Shown: one piece after another, positions 49,606 through 60,038 of the stretch
How positions within the stretch are numbered: the first letter of the stretch is position 1
Layout of the letters: each line of letters opens with the position of its first letter
Source of the DNA: Pedobacter sp.
Lineage (GTDB): Bacteria; Bacteroidota; Bacteroidia; Sphingobacteriales; Sphingobacteriaceae
Length of the DNA stretch: 64,000 nt
Direction: 5' to 3'
Assembly: GCA_004210715.1 (NCBI GenBank)
Contig: SEDB01000010.1
Location: 655 to 64,654, forward strand
Notes under the pieces: generated by a model
Seen by the model: only the letters and a program-made list of their open reading frames with translations
What the model was told of the DNA's origin: nothing
The model's database searches: none
Translations under genes and position numbers: made by a program

Positions 49606-50961
49606 TTAGTATTCAAAAACTTTTCCGTTTACCATGACTTCCTGAGTATCTTCATCAAATGTTGCTTTGTAGCCTGTTCTAGCTGCCGCGTTGGTCATAA
49701 TATTTGCAATTGAATGGTAATAACCCGCTTCCACCGGCGCGTTAGTTTGCTTTCTGCTTCTAATACATTCCATCCAATTCCGCATGTGATTGCTCACCAG
49801 ATCATCCGCACCTGCGTTTGCAGCGGCATCTACTTTTACCAATTCTGCCAACTTCAGAACAGGTAATAGGTTTTCTTTCATATCCATAGCAGCTGCAGCT
49901 CGCTTTGATAAGCCACCTTTTGAAGAAACGGTATTGGTAATGAGGTTTAACTCACCTCCGTTGGAATAATAAACTTCTGCTGGATTTTCATCACCATTAT
50001 GCATTCTTGACGTAAATACCACCTGAAAACCTTTTTGTGCTTCATTTTGAGGACCATAGTCGAATACTGCTGTGGTGGTGTCCCAGTTACTTCGACCATC
50101 CTTCCATTGATAAATTCCTCCATTTGCTACCACGCTACGGGGATGGTTTAATCCGGTGAACCAGTGCACTGTATCAATTTGATGACTCATCCATTGTCCA
50201 GGCATGCCGGAAGAATATGGCCAAAACAGACGGTATTCCAGGTACTTTCGGGGATCCCATGATTCAAATGGTCGATTCATCAAAAATCGTTTCCAATCGG
50301 TATCCTGTTCCCTTATTTGCGCCACCAAATCCGGTCTTCTCCATCTGCCAGGCTGGTTAACATTCCAACTCAGTTCTACCATCGTAATATCTCCAAATTT
50401 TCCTTTTTGAATAAAATCAGCAGCGGCAACATAATTAATACCACTACGCCTTTGAGATCCAATCTGAACAATTTGTTTAGATGCTTTAACGGCTTTTAAT
50501 GCCGCCCTATTATCGGACATTGTTTCGGCAAAGGGCTTTTCGCAATACACATCACAGCCAGCCTTTACCGCTTCAATGGTGTGCAGCGCATGCTGGAAGT
50601 CTGCAGTACTTACGATCACCGCATCAAGGTCCTTCATGTCATAAAGTTCATCATTATTTCTGCATGATTTTAAATCATGCCCAACTAAACTTTTAACGTA
50701 ATCCACGCCCACATTACGGCGATAGTTCCAAATATCAGAAAGCCCTACGATATCAAAGTTGAGATCCTTTTGGCTTTTCATAAAACTCGGCATTAATGCA
50801 GATTTAAATCGATCAGAATAGCCCACTATTCCAACACGGACGCGGTCGTTAGCCCCTATAATATTACCATAGCTTTTAGCGCTAAAACCCATAGTGCCTA
50901 CGTAAGTTCCTGCAACTGCAATGGCAGAGGTTTTAATAAAATTTCTTCTAGAATGATTCAT
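49606..50961 (-). CDS. Tat-exported Gfo/Idh/MocA oxidoreductase
   Basis: SRRNFIK Tat motif, IIGANDR, DVYCEKP, QIGSQRRS. Confidence 0.92.
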   Translation of the reverse strand: MNHSRRNFIKTSAIAVAGTYVGTMGFSAKSYGNIIGANDRVRVGIVGYSDRFKSALMPSFMKSQKDLNFDIVGLSDIWNYRRNVGVDYVKSLVGHDLKSCRNNDELYDMKDLDAVIVSTADFQHALHTIEAVKAGCDVYCEKPFAETMSDNRAALKAVKASKQIVQIGSQRRSGINYVAAADFIQKGKFGDITMVELSWNVNQPGRWRRPDLVAQIREQDTDWKRFLMNRPFESWDPRKYLEYRLFWPYSSGMPGQWMSHQIDTVHWFTGLNHPRSVVANGGIYQWKDGRSNWDTTTAVFDYGPQNEAQKGFQVVFTSRMHNGDENPAEVYYSNGGELNLITNTVSSKGGLSKRAAAAMDMKENLLPVLKLAELVKVDAAANAGADDLVSNHMRNWMECIRSRKQTNAPVEAGYYHSIANIMTNAAARTGYKATFDEDTQEVMVNGKVFEY

Positions 50962-50967
50962 AAAGTT

Positions 50968-52329
50968 TTAGTTGAGTTCTCTGATTTTTAAACTGCGAAA
51001 GGAAACTTTATCTCCATGGTCTTGTAGCAGGATATGGCCTTTGGATGCCATGCCAAAATTTTTCCAGTTTTTGTATTTACTTATCGCTACTAAATCTAAA
51101 AAATCTTTCGAACCGCGAGTGAAAGAAAGGATTTTATAGCCGTTTAGCCAATATTCGACGTTGTTGTCAGGAAAAACTTTAATGATACCCTGATTCCATT
51201 CGCCGATTTTTTTTTGGGATGCAGGGATTTTCTTAGATGTCATTAAATCATAAAGCGAACCTAAAGTCCTGTTTCCTGCCCGCCCTAGTTTGGCATCTGG
51301 ATGTCTCAGATCGTCAAGGACTTGATATTCCAAGCCAATGGCAGAACCTTTGTTACCTTCAGATTCGGTAACAAAATATTTTACGCCGCTATTTGCCATT
51401 TCGGTCAACTTAAAATCGAATTTCATTTCGAATGCCCCATACTGCTTTTTAGTAACGATGTCTCCACCATTAGTCGATTCGCCACCATTTGCTTTTTCGA
51501 CGGATAACATTCCATCATTAACCCGCCAGCCTTTGCTCGGAAACTCACTTTTATATGATCCCCGCCATTGATCTATGCTTTTTCCATCGAAAAGCAGGGA
51601 GAAACCATTTTCTTTTTCTTGCAGAGATAGGTTGTTTGGAACCAGATTGACAACGCTAATTCGATCCGGACGGGTTGGTAGCAGGTTTTTAGTCTGGATT
51701 CTGATATTCCGCCATTTGATTTGCTTTCCGGGCTGGTCATTTTTACCAACGGAATGAACTTGAAGGGCAATGAAGCCCTTAGGTGTAAGTTGATCTACCA
51801 CATTTGCGGTAGGAACACCGTTTATCCAGGTTCTTATGGTGTTGCCGATAGCTTCGATGCGGTACTTATTCCAGCTTCCATTTCTGAAAGCTTTTTTTGC
51901 TTCAAGGTTTTGTTCGAGGGTATAGAGCCAAGCTCTACGGGCTTCATCATATAAACCTCCACTCCAGGCCCTGCTGGAAGGATCAACCTCCATTTGATAG
52001 CCATATACTTGGCCATCTTCTGCATTACCTATCTGTTTGCTTCTAAATTGTATGCCTGAATTCATCAGTGGATCTATAAAAAGTTCCAATTCCAGAATAA
52101 AATCTCCGTATTGTTGGGCAGTGGCTAAAAATGAATTTGGTTCGCCAGCTTTACTGGTCCCAACAATTTCTCCACCAATCACTTTATAATCTGCCTTTCC
52201 ATTTACTTGTCTCCATCCATTAAGGTTCTTGCCGTTAAATAATGAAATCCATGCTGTATGGTCTTTCTTTTGGGCTTCACAATTACTAAAGCCAAGAATT
52301 AAGAAAAGTAGAATCATGTAATTTTTCAT
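50968..52329 (-). CDS. Tandem DUF1080 protein (3-keto-glycoside hydrolase/hydratase-like)
   Basis: Two copies of LF.GK...GW ... NSG ... G.I.LQ.H. Confidence 0.9.
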   Translation of the reverse strand: MKNYMILLFLILGFSNCEAQKKDHTAWISLFNGKNLNGWRQVNGKADYKVIGGEIVGTSKAGEPNSFLATAQQYGDFILELELFIDPLMNSGIQFRSKQIGNAEDGQVYGYQMEVDPSSRAWSGGLYDEARRAWLYTLEQNLEAKKAFRNGSWNKYRIEAIGNTIRTWINGVPTANVVDQLTPKGFIALQVHSVGKNDQPGKQIKWRNIRIQTKNLLPTRPDRISVVNLVPNNLSLQEKENGFSLLFDGKSIDQWRGSYKSEFPSKGWRVNDGMLSVEKANGGESTNGGDIVTKKQYGAFEMKFDFKLTEMANSGVKYFVTESEGNKGSAIGLEYQVLDDLRHPDAKLGRAGNRTLGSLYDLMTSKKIPASQKKIGEWNQGIIKVFPDNNVEYWLNGYKILSFTRGSKDFLDLVAISKYKNWKNFGMASKGHILLQDHGDKVSFRSLKIRELN

Positions 52330-52745
52330 TGTGTATTGCTGTTTTCGATTTTAACAAGATTTCTTCTATTATGGAAAAAACCATGTCTAGGTTTAATAAT
52401 AGTTATAGATTTTAGAATTATTAATACTGTAATTGAATACCGTTTTCTGCCAGCGTGTGACTGAACGTGTAATTGGTAAGCTTAGATTCAGTTAATTAAA
52501 AATTAATTTTTGTAGTGGAGAGAATTATTACAAGGGTTTTGTTAAATGATATCTGAAACCAGCTGCAGGGAAACTGCTGAGAGAAATTGCTATGCCAATG
52601 TAAGTCCTGAATCATGTATTTGAACGGAGTCATGAAACAGGAGCGTTTTTCCTGTACCGCTACAAGGTTTTTCATATATATCGGTTTTTATGGGTATTAA
52701 ACTTATTTGGTTGAATCAAAAGACGTGAAATTAGCGCAAAGTATT

Positions 52746-52772
52746 TTTTCAACTTTTTGTTTTATCGTCTCA
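52746..52772 (-). promoter_or_regulatory. Candidate HTCS operator, copy 1
   Basis: Minus strand TGAGAC-N15-TGAAAA. Confidence 0.6.
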
Positions 52773-53047
52773 AATATGGCAGATTGAAAGTGAAGATCGG
52801 AAACCAGCACAAGCCGTATTTTCATAATCTTGTTGGTTTGTTCATGTCCAGCAGATCACTTAAGTCATTTATGTTTTTTTTAACAGCATGATAATATCTT
52901 GGTCCATACGCCTAACAGGCTATAATTTCCCTGGCGGACCCTACTGATTTTCATTTGTTTTTCACTGTAAGTGATGCTGAAACAAGCATTTATGTCTGGA
53001 TTTGCCGAGTGTCACCATTTTTTTTGTCATTTGTTCATCAGATATTT

Positions 53048-53074
53048 TGAGACAAATGGTTAAAATATTGAACA
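53048..53074 (+). promoter_or_regulatory. Candidate HTCS operator, copy 2
   Basis: TGAGAC-N15-TGAACA. Confidence 0.65.
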
Positions 53075-53194
53075 GTTTGAGTGCACTTTAGATACTTTCT
53101 TTGTTTTGGTGAAATTGATCCCATGTCTCAATTTTCAAAGATTATCAATCACCCTAAACCGAATATAAATTAATCAACCATTAAATCTACTGCT

Positions 53195-54298
53195 ATGTAC
53201 GTTAGACTTCTAGTAATTTTATTATTTATTTCTTGTCAAAGTGTTTTTGCTCAAAGCAAGCTTTTAAAAAACTTTCCAAAAGGTTATTCACCTCAAACGG
53301 TTGGGAAACTAATTGCCTATCGCTTTGTAGATGCCAAACATGCATTGCATGCGGGGAAATGGATCAGTTACCCTGAAACATTCTATTGGATGGGCGCCCT
53401 TAAATATGCCGCTTTAGAGAAGGATACAAAGCTGGGGGAACTTTTACAAAAAAAGTTTGAACCTTTGTTCTATACAGAAAGCAAGTACCTACCGATCAAA
53501 AACCACGTCGATCTCAATATGTTTGGGAGCCTCCCGCTCGAGCTTTACCAGATTACAAAAGAACAGCGATATTTGGATCTGGGCCTGCCATATGCCAATA
53601 CCCAATGGGAGGTGCCGAATGACGCAAAGGCTAACGAAAAAGAATGGGCAGAGAAAGGATATACTTGGCAAACACGCTTATGGATTGATGACATGTACAT
53701 GATCACTATTGTACAAACGCAGGCTTACAAAGCAACCGGCGATCAAAAATATATTGACAGGGCAGCAAAGGAAATGGTCCTTTATTTAGATGAACTCCAG
53801 AAGCCAAATGGTTTATTTTACCATGCTCCTGATGTGCCTTTTTTCTGGGGAAGGGGAAATGGCTGGATGGCGGCGGGGGTAACCGAACTGTTGCGTTATT
53901 TACCCAATAACCATCAGGATCGTCCGCGCATCATGGATGGATATTTGAAGATGATGAAAAGTCTAAAAGAGTTCCAATCTCCAAATGGAATGTGGAATCA
54001 ACTTATTGATGATCCTGCTTGTTGGTCTGAAACTTCAGGATCAGCAATGTTTACTTACGCGTTCATTATAGGTGTGAAAAATGGATGGCTCAATGCAAAA
54101 GAATATGCGCCAGCGGCAAGGAAAGCCTGGATGGCAATGGTTGCTTACGTCAACGATAAGGGCGCAGTTTCCGAAGTTTGTGTGGGGACAAATAAAAAGA
54201 ATGATCGGCAATACTACTATGATCGCCCGCGAAGTGTAGGTGATTACCATGGTCAGGCACCGTACCTTTGGTGTGTGAATGCGCTGTTAGAAAAGTAA
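53195..54298 (+). CDS. GH105/GH88 unsaturated uronyl hydrolase
   Basis: HVD, WIDDMYM, WGRGNGW, ETSGSAMF. Confidence 0.9.
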   Translation: MYVRLLVILLFISCQSVFAQSKLLKNFPKGYSPQTVGKLIAYRFVDAKHALHAGKWISYPETFYWMGALKYAALEKDTKLGELLQKKFEPLFYTESKYLPIKNHVDLNMFGSLPLELYQITKEQRYLDLGLPYANTQWEVPNDAKANEKEWAEKGYTWQTRLWIDDMYMITIVQTQAYKATGDQKYIDRAAKEMVLYLDELQKPNGLFYHAPDVPFFWGRGNGWMAAGVTELLRYLPNNHQDRPRIMDGYLKMMKSLKEFQSPNGMWNQLIDDPACWSETSGSAMFTYAFIIGVKNGWLNAKEYAPAARKAWMAMVAYVNDKGAVSEVCVGTNKKNDRQYYYDRPRSVGDYHGQAPYLWCVNALLEK

Positions 54299-54348
54299 TA
54301 CTTTTGAAATTTTAGTTGAAGACCAATGGCATCGATTTATCAAATCTG

Positions 54349-55119
54349 TTATTGGTCTTCTTTGTTTAAGGAATTAAAATAGTCTCGTGGTGACAATTTA
54401 AAATAGCGTTGAAAGCTTTTGGTAAAAACACTTTGCGATCGGTAACCTACCATGTGACCGATTTCATATAAAGAAAACTGATTTTCGGCTATTAAGCTGG
54501 CTGCTTTCTTTAACCGGGTAACATCAATAAGTTCTTTCGGAGCCAAGGCAGATAGTGATTTAATTTTTCTATAAAATGTAGGGCGGCTCATATTCATGTG
54601 ATAGGCAAGCTGATCGACATCCAAGTCCGGGTCTTTCATGTTTTTGCGTATGTAGTCATCCAGTTTCTTTAAAAAAACCTCATCGGTTTTAGAGTGCGCC
54701 ATAACCCTTACATCTTCAAAAGGTGAACTGGCAAAATGATCGTTGATTTTTAAGCGATTTTGAAGCAGGTTCGCAACTTGTGTTTGCAAAAGCAATTGAG
54801 AAAATGGCTTTTGTATATATGCATCGGCACCATTTTCCAGCCCCTCAATTTGAGCATTAAATGTGTTTTTTGATGTGAGTAAGATAATGGGGATATGGCA
54901 ATAATTGACATTGCTTTTTAAAAGCTTGCATAGTTCAAACCCATCGATTTCCGGCATCATCACGTCGGATATAATAAGATGTATGATCTCATTGTCTAAA
55001 ATAATCTGGGCAAGTTCTCCACTTTCAGCGGTGTGTATAGTGTACGTATCTTCAAATATATCAGACAGTAATTCCAGGATTTCCTTGTTATCATCAATTA
55101 TTAAAAGGCTTCTATTCAT
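54349..55119 (-). CDS. Response regulator (REC + AraC HTH)
   Basis: IIDDN, ISDVMMP, Y..KPF, MSR.TFYRKIK, F.K.F...F..SP. Confidence 0.93.
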   Translation of the reverse strand: MNRSLLIIDDNKEILELLSDIFEDTYTIHTAESGELAQIILDNEIIHLIISDVMMPEIDGFELCKLLKSNVNYCHIPIILLTSKNTFNAQIEGLENGADAYIQKPFSQLLLQTQVANLLQNRLKINDHFASSPFEDVRVMAHSKTDEVFLKKLDDYIRKNMKDPDLDVDQLAYHMNMSRPTFYRKIKSLSALAPKELIDVTRLKKAASLIAENQFSLYEIGHMVGYRSQSVFTKSFQRYFKLSPRDYFNSLNKEDQ

Positions 55120-55121
55120 GG

Positions 55122-58100
55122 TTAATTAATTTTCTTCCAGCTATTTAGTTGAAATTCGACATCTTGGTGTATTGGCAAAGTTAACGCAAAAACAATTTTA
55201 TCAGCTTCAGCCGAACTTAAAATTAATGAACCTTTATGTAATTCCGTCAAGGATTTGGCAAGCGGCAAACCTATTCCTGTACCAGATTTATCTTTGCGAC
55301 GCAACCTGAAAAAAGGTTCGAAAATTTTATTTCTAAATTCCTGAGGGATTGCAGGTCCATCATTTGAAAAGACAATAGTTAAGCTTGGATTCCCTTCAGC
55401 TGGTTCGAAAAGTTCCACGCTTGTCGTTGATGTAGCATATTTTATGGCATTGGAAATTAAATTGCTGCATATTTTTATTAAGGCTTCTCTGTCTACAAAG
55501 GCTATCACATGCTTTTGCGGTACTTTCAATTTGATAGCGATGGTGTTTTCTGATGCATATTCCCTGAATGCTTCGATTTGCGACTTCAAAATTGTGTTGA
55601 TGTCTACATTTACGAAGTTTAAACCAAATTGCTCAATTTCGGTTTGTCTAAAATCAAGGAGCTGTCCAATGAGCTCAACCAGGCGTTTGGTATTTTTTTC
55701 AATCATCAACATACTTTTTCTTATCCTGGGATAGTCGTCAATTTTTTCGATCACTCTTTCTACCGGAACGCTGATCAGGGTAAGAGGGGTTTGTATTTCA
55801 TGAGCGATGTTGGTAAAAAACTCAATTTTTGCCTGGTATACTTCTTTTACTTTTTCATGTTCGAAGAGCTTAAGTTTATTTGCATTTTTACGTTCTTGCA
55901 ATTGATGGTAATAATCAATGGCAAAGTACAGGAGGATGATTATTATAAGCGTATATAATATATAGGCTACTGTACTTCTCCAGATAGGTGGCACAATTTC
56001 GATGTATAGCATTTTTTCCTTACCCACCCAACTACCTACATTACTTCTAGCCTGTACCATAAAGGTATATTTTCCTGGTGAGAGGTCTGTAAAATAAGCA
56101 TTTCGGTTTGTGGTTAAATAGGTCCAATCATTGGTAAGCCCTTTCATTCGGTACTTGTATTGGGTCACATCACTGAATGAGTAATTCAATGCTGAAAATT
56201 TGAGGCTGAAATTGTTCTGGTTATATTGGAGTATTAATGTATCTATATAAATTACTGATTTTTTTAACGGGCTGTTTATATCATTCGCACTAACCTCTTT
56301 ATTGTCCAGTTCAAATTCAGTAATGTAAGTGGGTGGACTGTTTTGCCCTTGCGCTAGTTCTTCAGGCTTAAAGGCGATCATGCCGGCTACTGAGCCAAAA
56401 TACATCGTCCCATTTTTATCCTTATAAGCAGAATGATAATTGAATTGATCCGTAATCAGTCCATTCGCCCTCGTATACACTTTTATTTTTTCGCTGGCTA
56501 TATTAAAACAGATCAGACCTTTCAACGAACTGATCCATAAATTGCCAGCATTATCTTCAAGAATTCCAAAAAGTGTATTGGATGGAAGTCCGTTCTGTTG
56601 TGTAATTTTTTTTACAATTTGACCCTTTGCATTTACTTTGATTAGTCCACCACCTTCAGTGGCGAACCACATATTATTATTTTTGTCTTCCAAAATACCA
56701 TAAACTGGAAAATCGGTAATGTCTCTGTCCCCAAACTTGATATGACCACTTTTTCCTGTTTTTGGATGGTAATGATATACACCTTCGTTAATACTGCCGG
56801 TCCATATTCTGCCCTGGCTATCTTCGGTGATACAAAGCACGTAGGAATTGTAGGGTATTTGCTTAATCCTGGTGAAGATTTTGGATTTTTGGTTAAAGAT
56901 GAATAAGCCCGATCCATTATATGCGGTGCCTACATATAGTGTGCTGTCTCTGCTGAGATACAAACTGAGCACAAAATCACTTAAGCTATCACCCTTATTA
57001 CCAATATATCTGAAACGCTCGGCAATTCGGCCTGTACGAATGTCCATTACCTCCAGCCCGTGAAAAAATGGACCAATAAATAGTTTATTACCAGTAACCA
57101 ATAGCCCGTGAATATTTGGATAGGACACCTCATCCGGTTTATTGGTATTTGTATACGTGGTAATTTTCTGGGTTTTCAAATTGATTTTATTGATGCCTGC
57201 ATCCTCAGTGCCAATCCATAGGTTGCCTTTATGGTCAGCAGAAATTTCACGGACGGCGCTGCCTGAGATGGAATTGACATTTGGTATAGGATAGTATTTT
57301 TTAAACTTCGCATTCTCCTGAGAATAGTAATTTATGCCACCAAAAAATGTGCCTGCCCAGATTCCCCCGTTGTCATCCTTGCATACAGTATAGACAGCAT
57401 TGTCCGAAATCGCATATGGATCACCTATCCGCTTTCTCAGATTAATGCTTGTGTTTTTTTTCAGATCGTAAATATAAATTCCTGATTCAGTAGCTATCCA
57501 AAAATTTTGGTTATCACTCCATCTAATATCACGCACAAAAATCTCTAAATTTTTATCCTTACTGAGGGTTAAATGTGAGATTGTTCGTGTCTTGAGGTTG
57601 TAGCTTTTTAATCCTTTTTTGAAAAATCCAATCAGGATCTGATCCCCCGTTGGGAAGATGGCACTAATCGATCTTACATTTTTTGAAGCACTCTTCTCAA
57701 TTAATCTAATCTTCTCAATTTTTTTGGTATATGGGTTCAACTTGCTAAGCACGCCATCATTATTGCCAAACCAAATATTCTGTTTATTGTCAATGGCTAA
57801 ACAGGAGGCAGGTAATTTATAATCCAGGATCTTTCTTGTGTACTGATCATATTGGTATAAAGATGCAATGGCAATGATCCAAATGTTATTTTTTTTATCA
57901 ACCAATACTTGATTGATATATCCATTTATCCCAGATAGTTTAGTAAACACTTCTGTGGTTGGGTTAAATCTGAAAACACCTCTACCTGTTCCAATCCATA
58001 ACATTCCTGTCTGATCCTCAGCAAGACTGGTGATGATGTCATTCCCAATGTAACCGAATTTATCAGCCTTGTTTTTGTAAGATTTAAACTTGTAACCATC

Positions 58101-58289
58101 AAAACGATTTAAACCGCCCCGGGTCCCTATCCACATAAAGCCTTTTCTATCCTGAATTATACTTCTAACCGAACTATGTGATAAGCCATCATCTGTTTGA
58201 TAATGCCTAAAATAGTATTGTGCATCACAGGCTATCGCAAAGAGCTGTAAAACGATTACTTGAAAACTTATAAATTTAAACAGGCGCAT
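55122..58289 (-). CDS. Beta-propeller sensor histidine kinase (HTCS-like, no fused receiver)
   Basis: Reg_prop repeats (D..G.LWIGT), Y_Y_Y domain, TM, FFTNIAHEIQTPL, NL.SNAIKY, GTGIGL. Confidence 0.93.
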   Translation of the reverse strand: MRLFKFISFQVIVLQLFAIACDAQYYFRHYQTDDGLSHSSVRSIIQDRKGFMWIGTRGGLNRFDGYKFKSYKNKADKFGYIGNDIITSLAEDQTGMLWIGTGRGVFRFNPTTEVFTKLSGINGYINQVLVDKKNNIWIIAIASLYQYDQYTRKILDYKLPASCLAIDNKQNIWFGNNDGVLSKLNPYTKKIEKIRLIEKSASKNVRSISAIFPTGDQILIGFFKKGLKSYNLKTRTISHLTLSKDKNLEIFVRDIRWSDNQNFWIATESGIYIYDLKKNTSINLRKRIGDPYAISDNAVYTVCKDDNGGIWAGTFFGGINYYSQENAKFKKYYPIPNVNSISGSAVREISADHKGNLWIGTEDAGINKINLKTQKITTYTNTNKPDEVSYPNIHGLLVTGNKLFIGPFFHGLEVMDIRTGRIAERFRYIGNKGDSLSDFVLSLYLSRDSTLYVGTAYNGSGLFIFNQKSKIFTRIKQIPYNSYVLCITEDSQGRIWTGSINEGVYHYHPKTGKSGHIKFGDRDITDFPVYGILEDKNNNMWFATEGGGLIKVNAKGQIVKKITQQNGLPSNTLFGILEDNAGNLWISSLKGLICFNIASEKIKVYTRANGLITDQFNYHSAYKDKNGTMYFGSVAGMIAFKPEELAQGQNSPPTYITEFELDNKEVSANDINSPLKKSVIYIDTLILQYNQNNFSLKFSALNYSFSDVTQYKYRMKGLTNDWTYLTTNRNAYFTDLSPGKYTFMVQARSNVGSWVGKEKMLYIEIVPPIWRSTVAYILYTLIIIILLYFAIDYYHQLQERKNANKLKLFEHEKVKEVYQAKIEFFTNIAHEIQTPLTLISVPVERVIEKIDDYPRIRKSMLMIEKNTKRLVELIGQLLDFRQTEIEQFGLNFVNVDINTILKSQIEAFREYASENTIAIKLKVPQKHVIAFVDREALIKICSNLISNAIKYATSTTSVELFEPAEGNPSLTIVFSNDGPAIPQEFRNKIFEPFFRLRRKDKSGTGIGLPLAKSLTELHKGSLILSSAEADKIVFALTLPIHQDVEFQLNSWKKIN

Positions 58290-58433
58290 AAATGGTTAAA
58301 AACAAATATAGTTAAACCAAATGCATATCATTTCTCTCGGTAGGACTGATATGGGGAATTAACCTTTGTTAATTGATATTATGTTTGTAAATCAAATGGT
58401 TATATCAAAAATGTTAGTCATAAAAGATTTTTT

Positions 58434-58460
58434 TGAGACGTTTTGACAACAATATGAACA
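58434..58460 (+). promoter_or_regulatory. Candidate HTCS operator, copy 3
   Basis: TGAGAC-N15-TGAACA. Confidence 0.65.
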
Positions 58461-58559
58461 GAATAGGAGATTAGGGATTCTTTTCTTTGAATAATAACCA
58501 AATATTGATAATCCTAAAGTGAGTGTCCTCCTGACATTCACTTTACAACTTAATCGTGT

Positions 58560-59690
58560 ATGAACAGTAAACTATTACTCAAACTACTTTTAGCAGCGGT
58601 ACTATTAGGTGGTGGCGCTTGTAAAAAAAGTAAAACCGATGGAACTGATGAAACTCAAAATGAGCCTACAGAGTTAATATCACAATCTCCTGGTGTTACT
58701 TTTAAAAATCCTTTGATTGATGCCAGTAGGGCTGATCCATTTGTCGCACAAAAAGATGGTAATTATTATTTTATGTATACCAGGGGCAATAATCTTGGAC
58801 TCCGAAAAACCAGTAAAATGTCCGAGCTTTCTCAAGCTACCGAAAAAGTAATTTGGACTCCTCCATCCGGAACAGGTTACTCTTCTAATTTATGGGCTCC
58901 AGAACTACATTACATTTCGGGAAAGTGGTACATTTATTTTGCTGCAAATGATGGTGGTGGCGATTCTCATAGGATGTATGTATTGGAAAATGCAAATCAG
59001 GATCCCACTGTTGGAACCTGGGCGTTAAAAGGAAAAATTTCCGACACCTCTGATCAGTGGGCTATAGATGGTTCGATATTGAGCTATAATGGCACTAACT
59101 ACTTCATCTGGTCTGGGTGGGATAGCCCTGCTACAAGATATAAGCAGTATATATATATTGCCCCAATGACCAATCCCTGGACGATCAGCGGTGAACGAAT
59201 CATGATTTCCGCACCAACCAATAATTGGGAGAAGTATGAGCCTAGTGGGTCGCAGGGCCTTGGTGTGAATGAAGGGCCTATCATGCTGCAAAGAGACCTA
59301 AACAGCCCTTTATTTTTAATTTATTCCGCAAGCAGATATGGTAGCGATAATTATTGTCTGGCCCAGATTCAGTTGAAAAACGGTGGAAATCCCATTAACC
59401 CTGCCGACTGGATAAATAAAAAACAAGTGTTTGTAACAAGTAATGAAAATAACGTCTACGGCCCCGGTCATAACGGGTTTTTTAACAGTAGCCTGACCAA
59501 AGCCGATGGTACTACTGTTAAAGAGCATTGGTTCATCTACCATGCCCGAAGTGTAGCCAATACTTCAAATGGCACCAGGACGCCTAGAATGCAAAAACTA
59601 AGTTGGAACAGTGATGGATCTCCTAATTTTGGAGTGCCTATAGCCTCGGGTATAGATCTGGCTGCGCCAATCAACGAAAATGCACAGTGA
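58560..59690 (+). CDS. GH43 lipoprotein (arabinofuranosidase-like)
   Basis: Lipobox GAC, RADP, WAPELH, WAIDG, VNEGP, GPGHN. Confidence 0.92.
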   Translation: MNSKLLLKLLLAAVLLGGGACKKSKTDGTDETQNEPTELISQSPGVTFKNPLIDASRADPFVAQKDGNYYFMYTRGNNLGLRKTSKMSELSQATEKVIWTPPSGTGYSSNLWAPELHYISGKWYIYFAANDGGGDSHRMYVLENANQDPTVGTWALKGKISDTSDQWAIDGSILSYNGTNYFIWSGWDSPATRYKQYIYIAPMTNPWTISGERIMISAPTNNWEKYEPSGSQGLGVNEGPIMLQRDLNSPLFLIYSASRYGSDNYCLAQIQLKNGGNPINPADWINKKQVFVTSNENNVYGPGHNGFFNSSLTKADGTTVKEHWFIYHARSVANTSNGTRTPRMQKLSWNSDGSPNFGVPIASGIDLAAPINENAQ

Positions 59691-59741
59691 TATCACAATT
59701 GTCTCAATCAGAGAACTGATCGGATTAATAATTAATCTTTT

Positions 59742-59768
59742 TGAGATAAATCGACAAAAAGATGAACT
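59742..59768 (+). promoter_or_regulatory. Candidate HTCS operator, copy 4
   Basis: TGAGAT-N15-TGAACT. Confidence 0.6.
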
Positions 59769-60038
59769 AATGCTAAATGTGATATTCATTTACTTTGATG
59801 AATGTAATTTGTACAGAGATTAACGGCTCCTTTCATTTACACAAAGGTATCCATTGATAATCCGGCAGATTTTTAACCAAATATAAAATTTAGCATAACG
59901 AGGCAATCCATCTCGTTTGCGCTATAATACCTAATGTACATACATCTTCTGACAGAGATGAAAATGTATGTAGAAAACAGCTAACGTGTATCTCACCAAA
60001 CAGGGAACTAAACCAGGACGATAAACCAAATATTCATC

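Noticed and set aside
58516-59975. Hairpins in the GH43 and susC leaders
   Set aside because: Probably ordinary 5'-UTR stability structures; no riboswitch consensus recognised.
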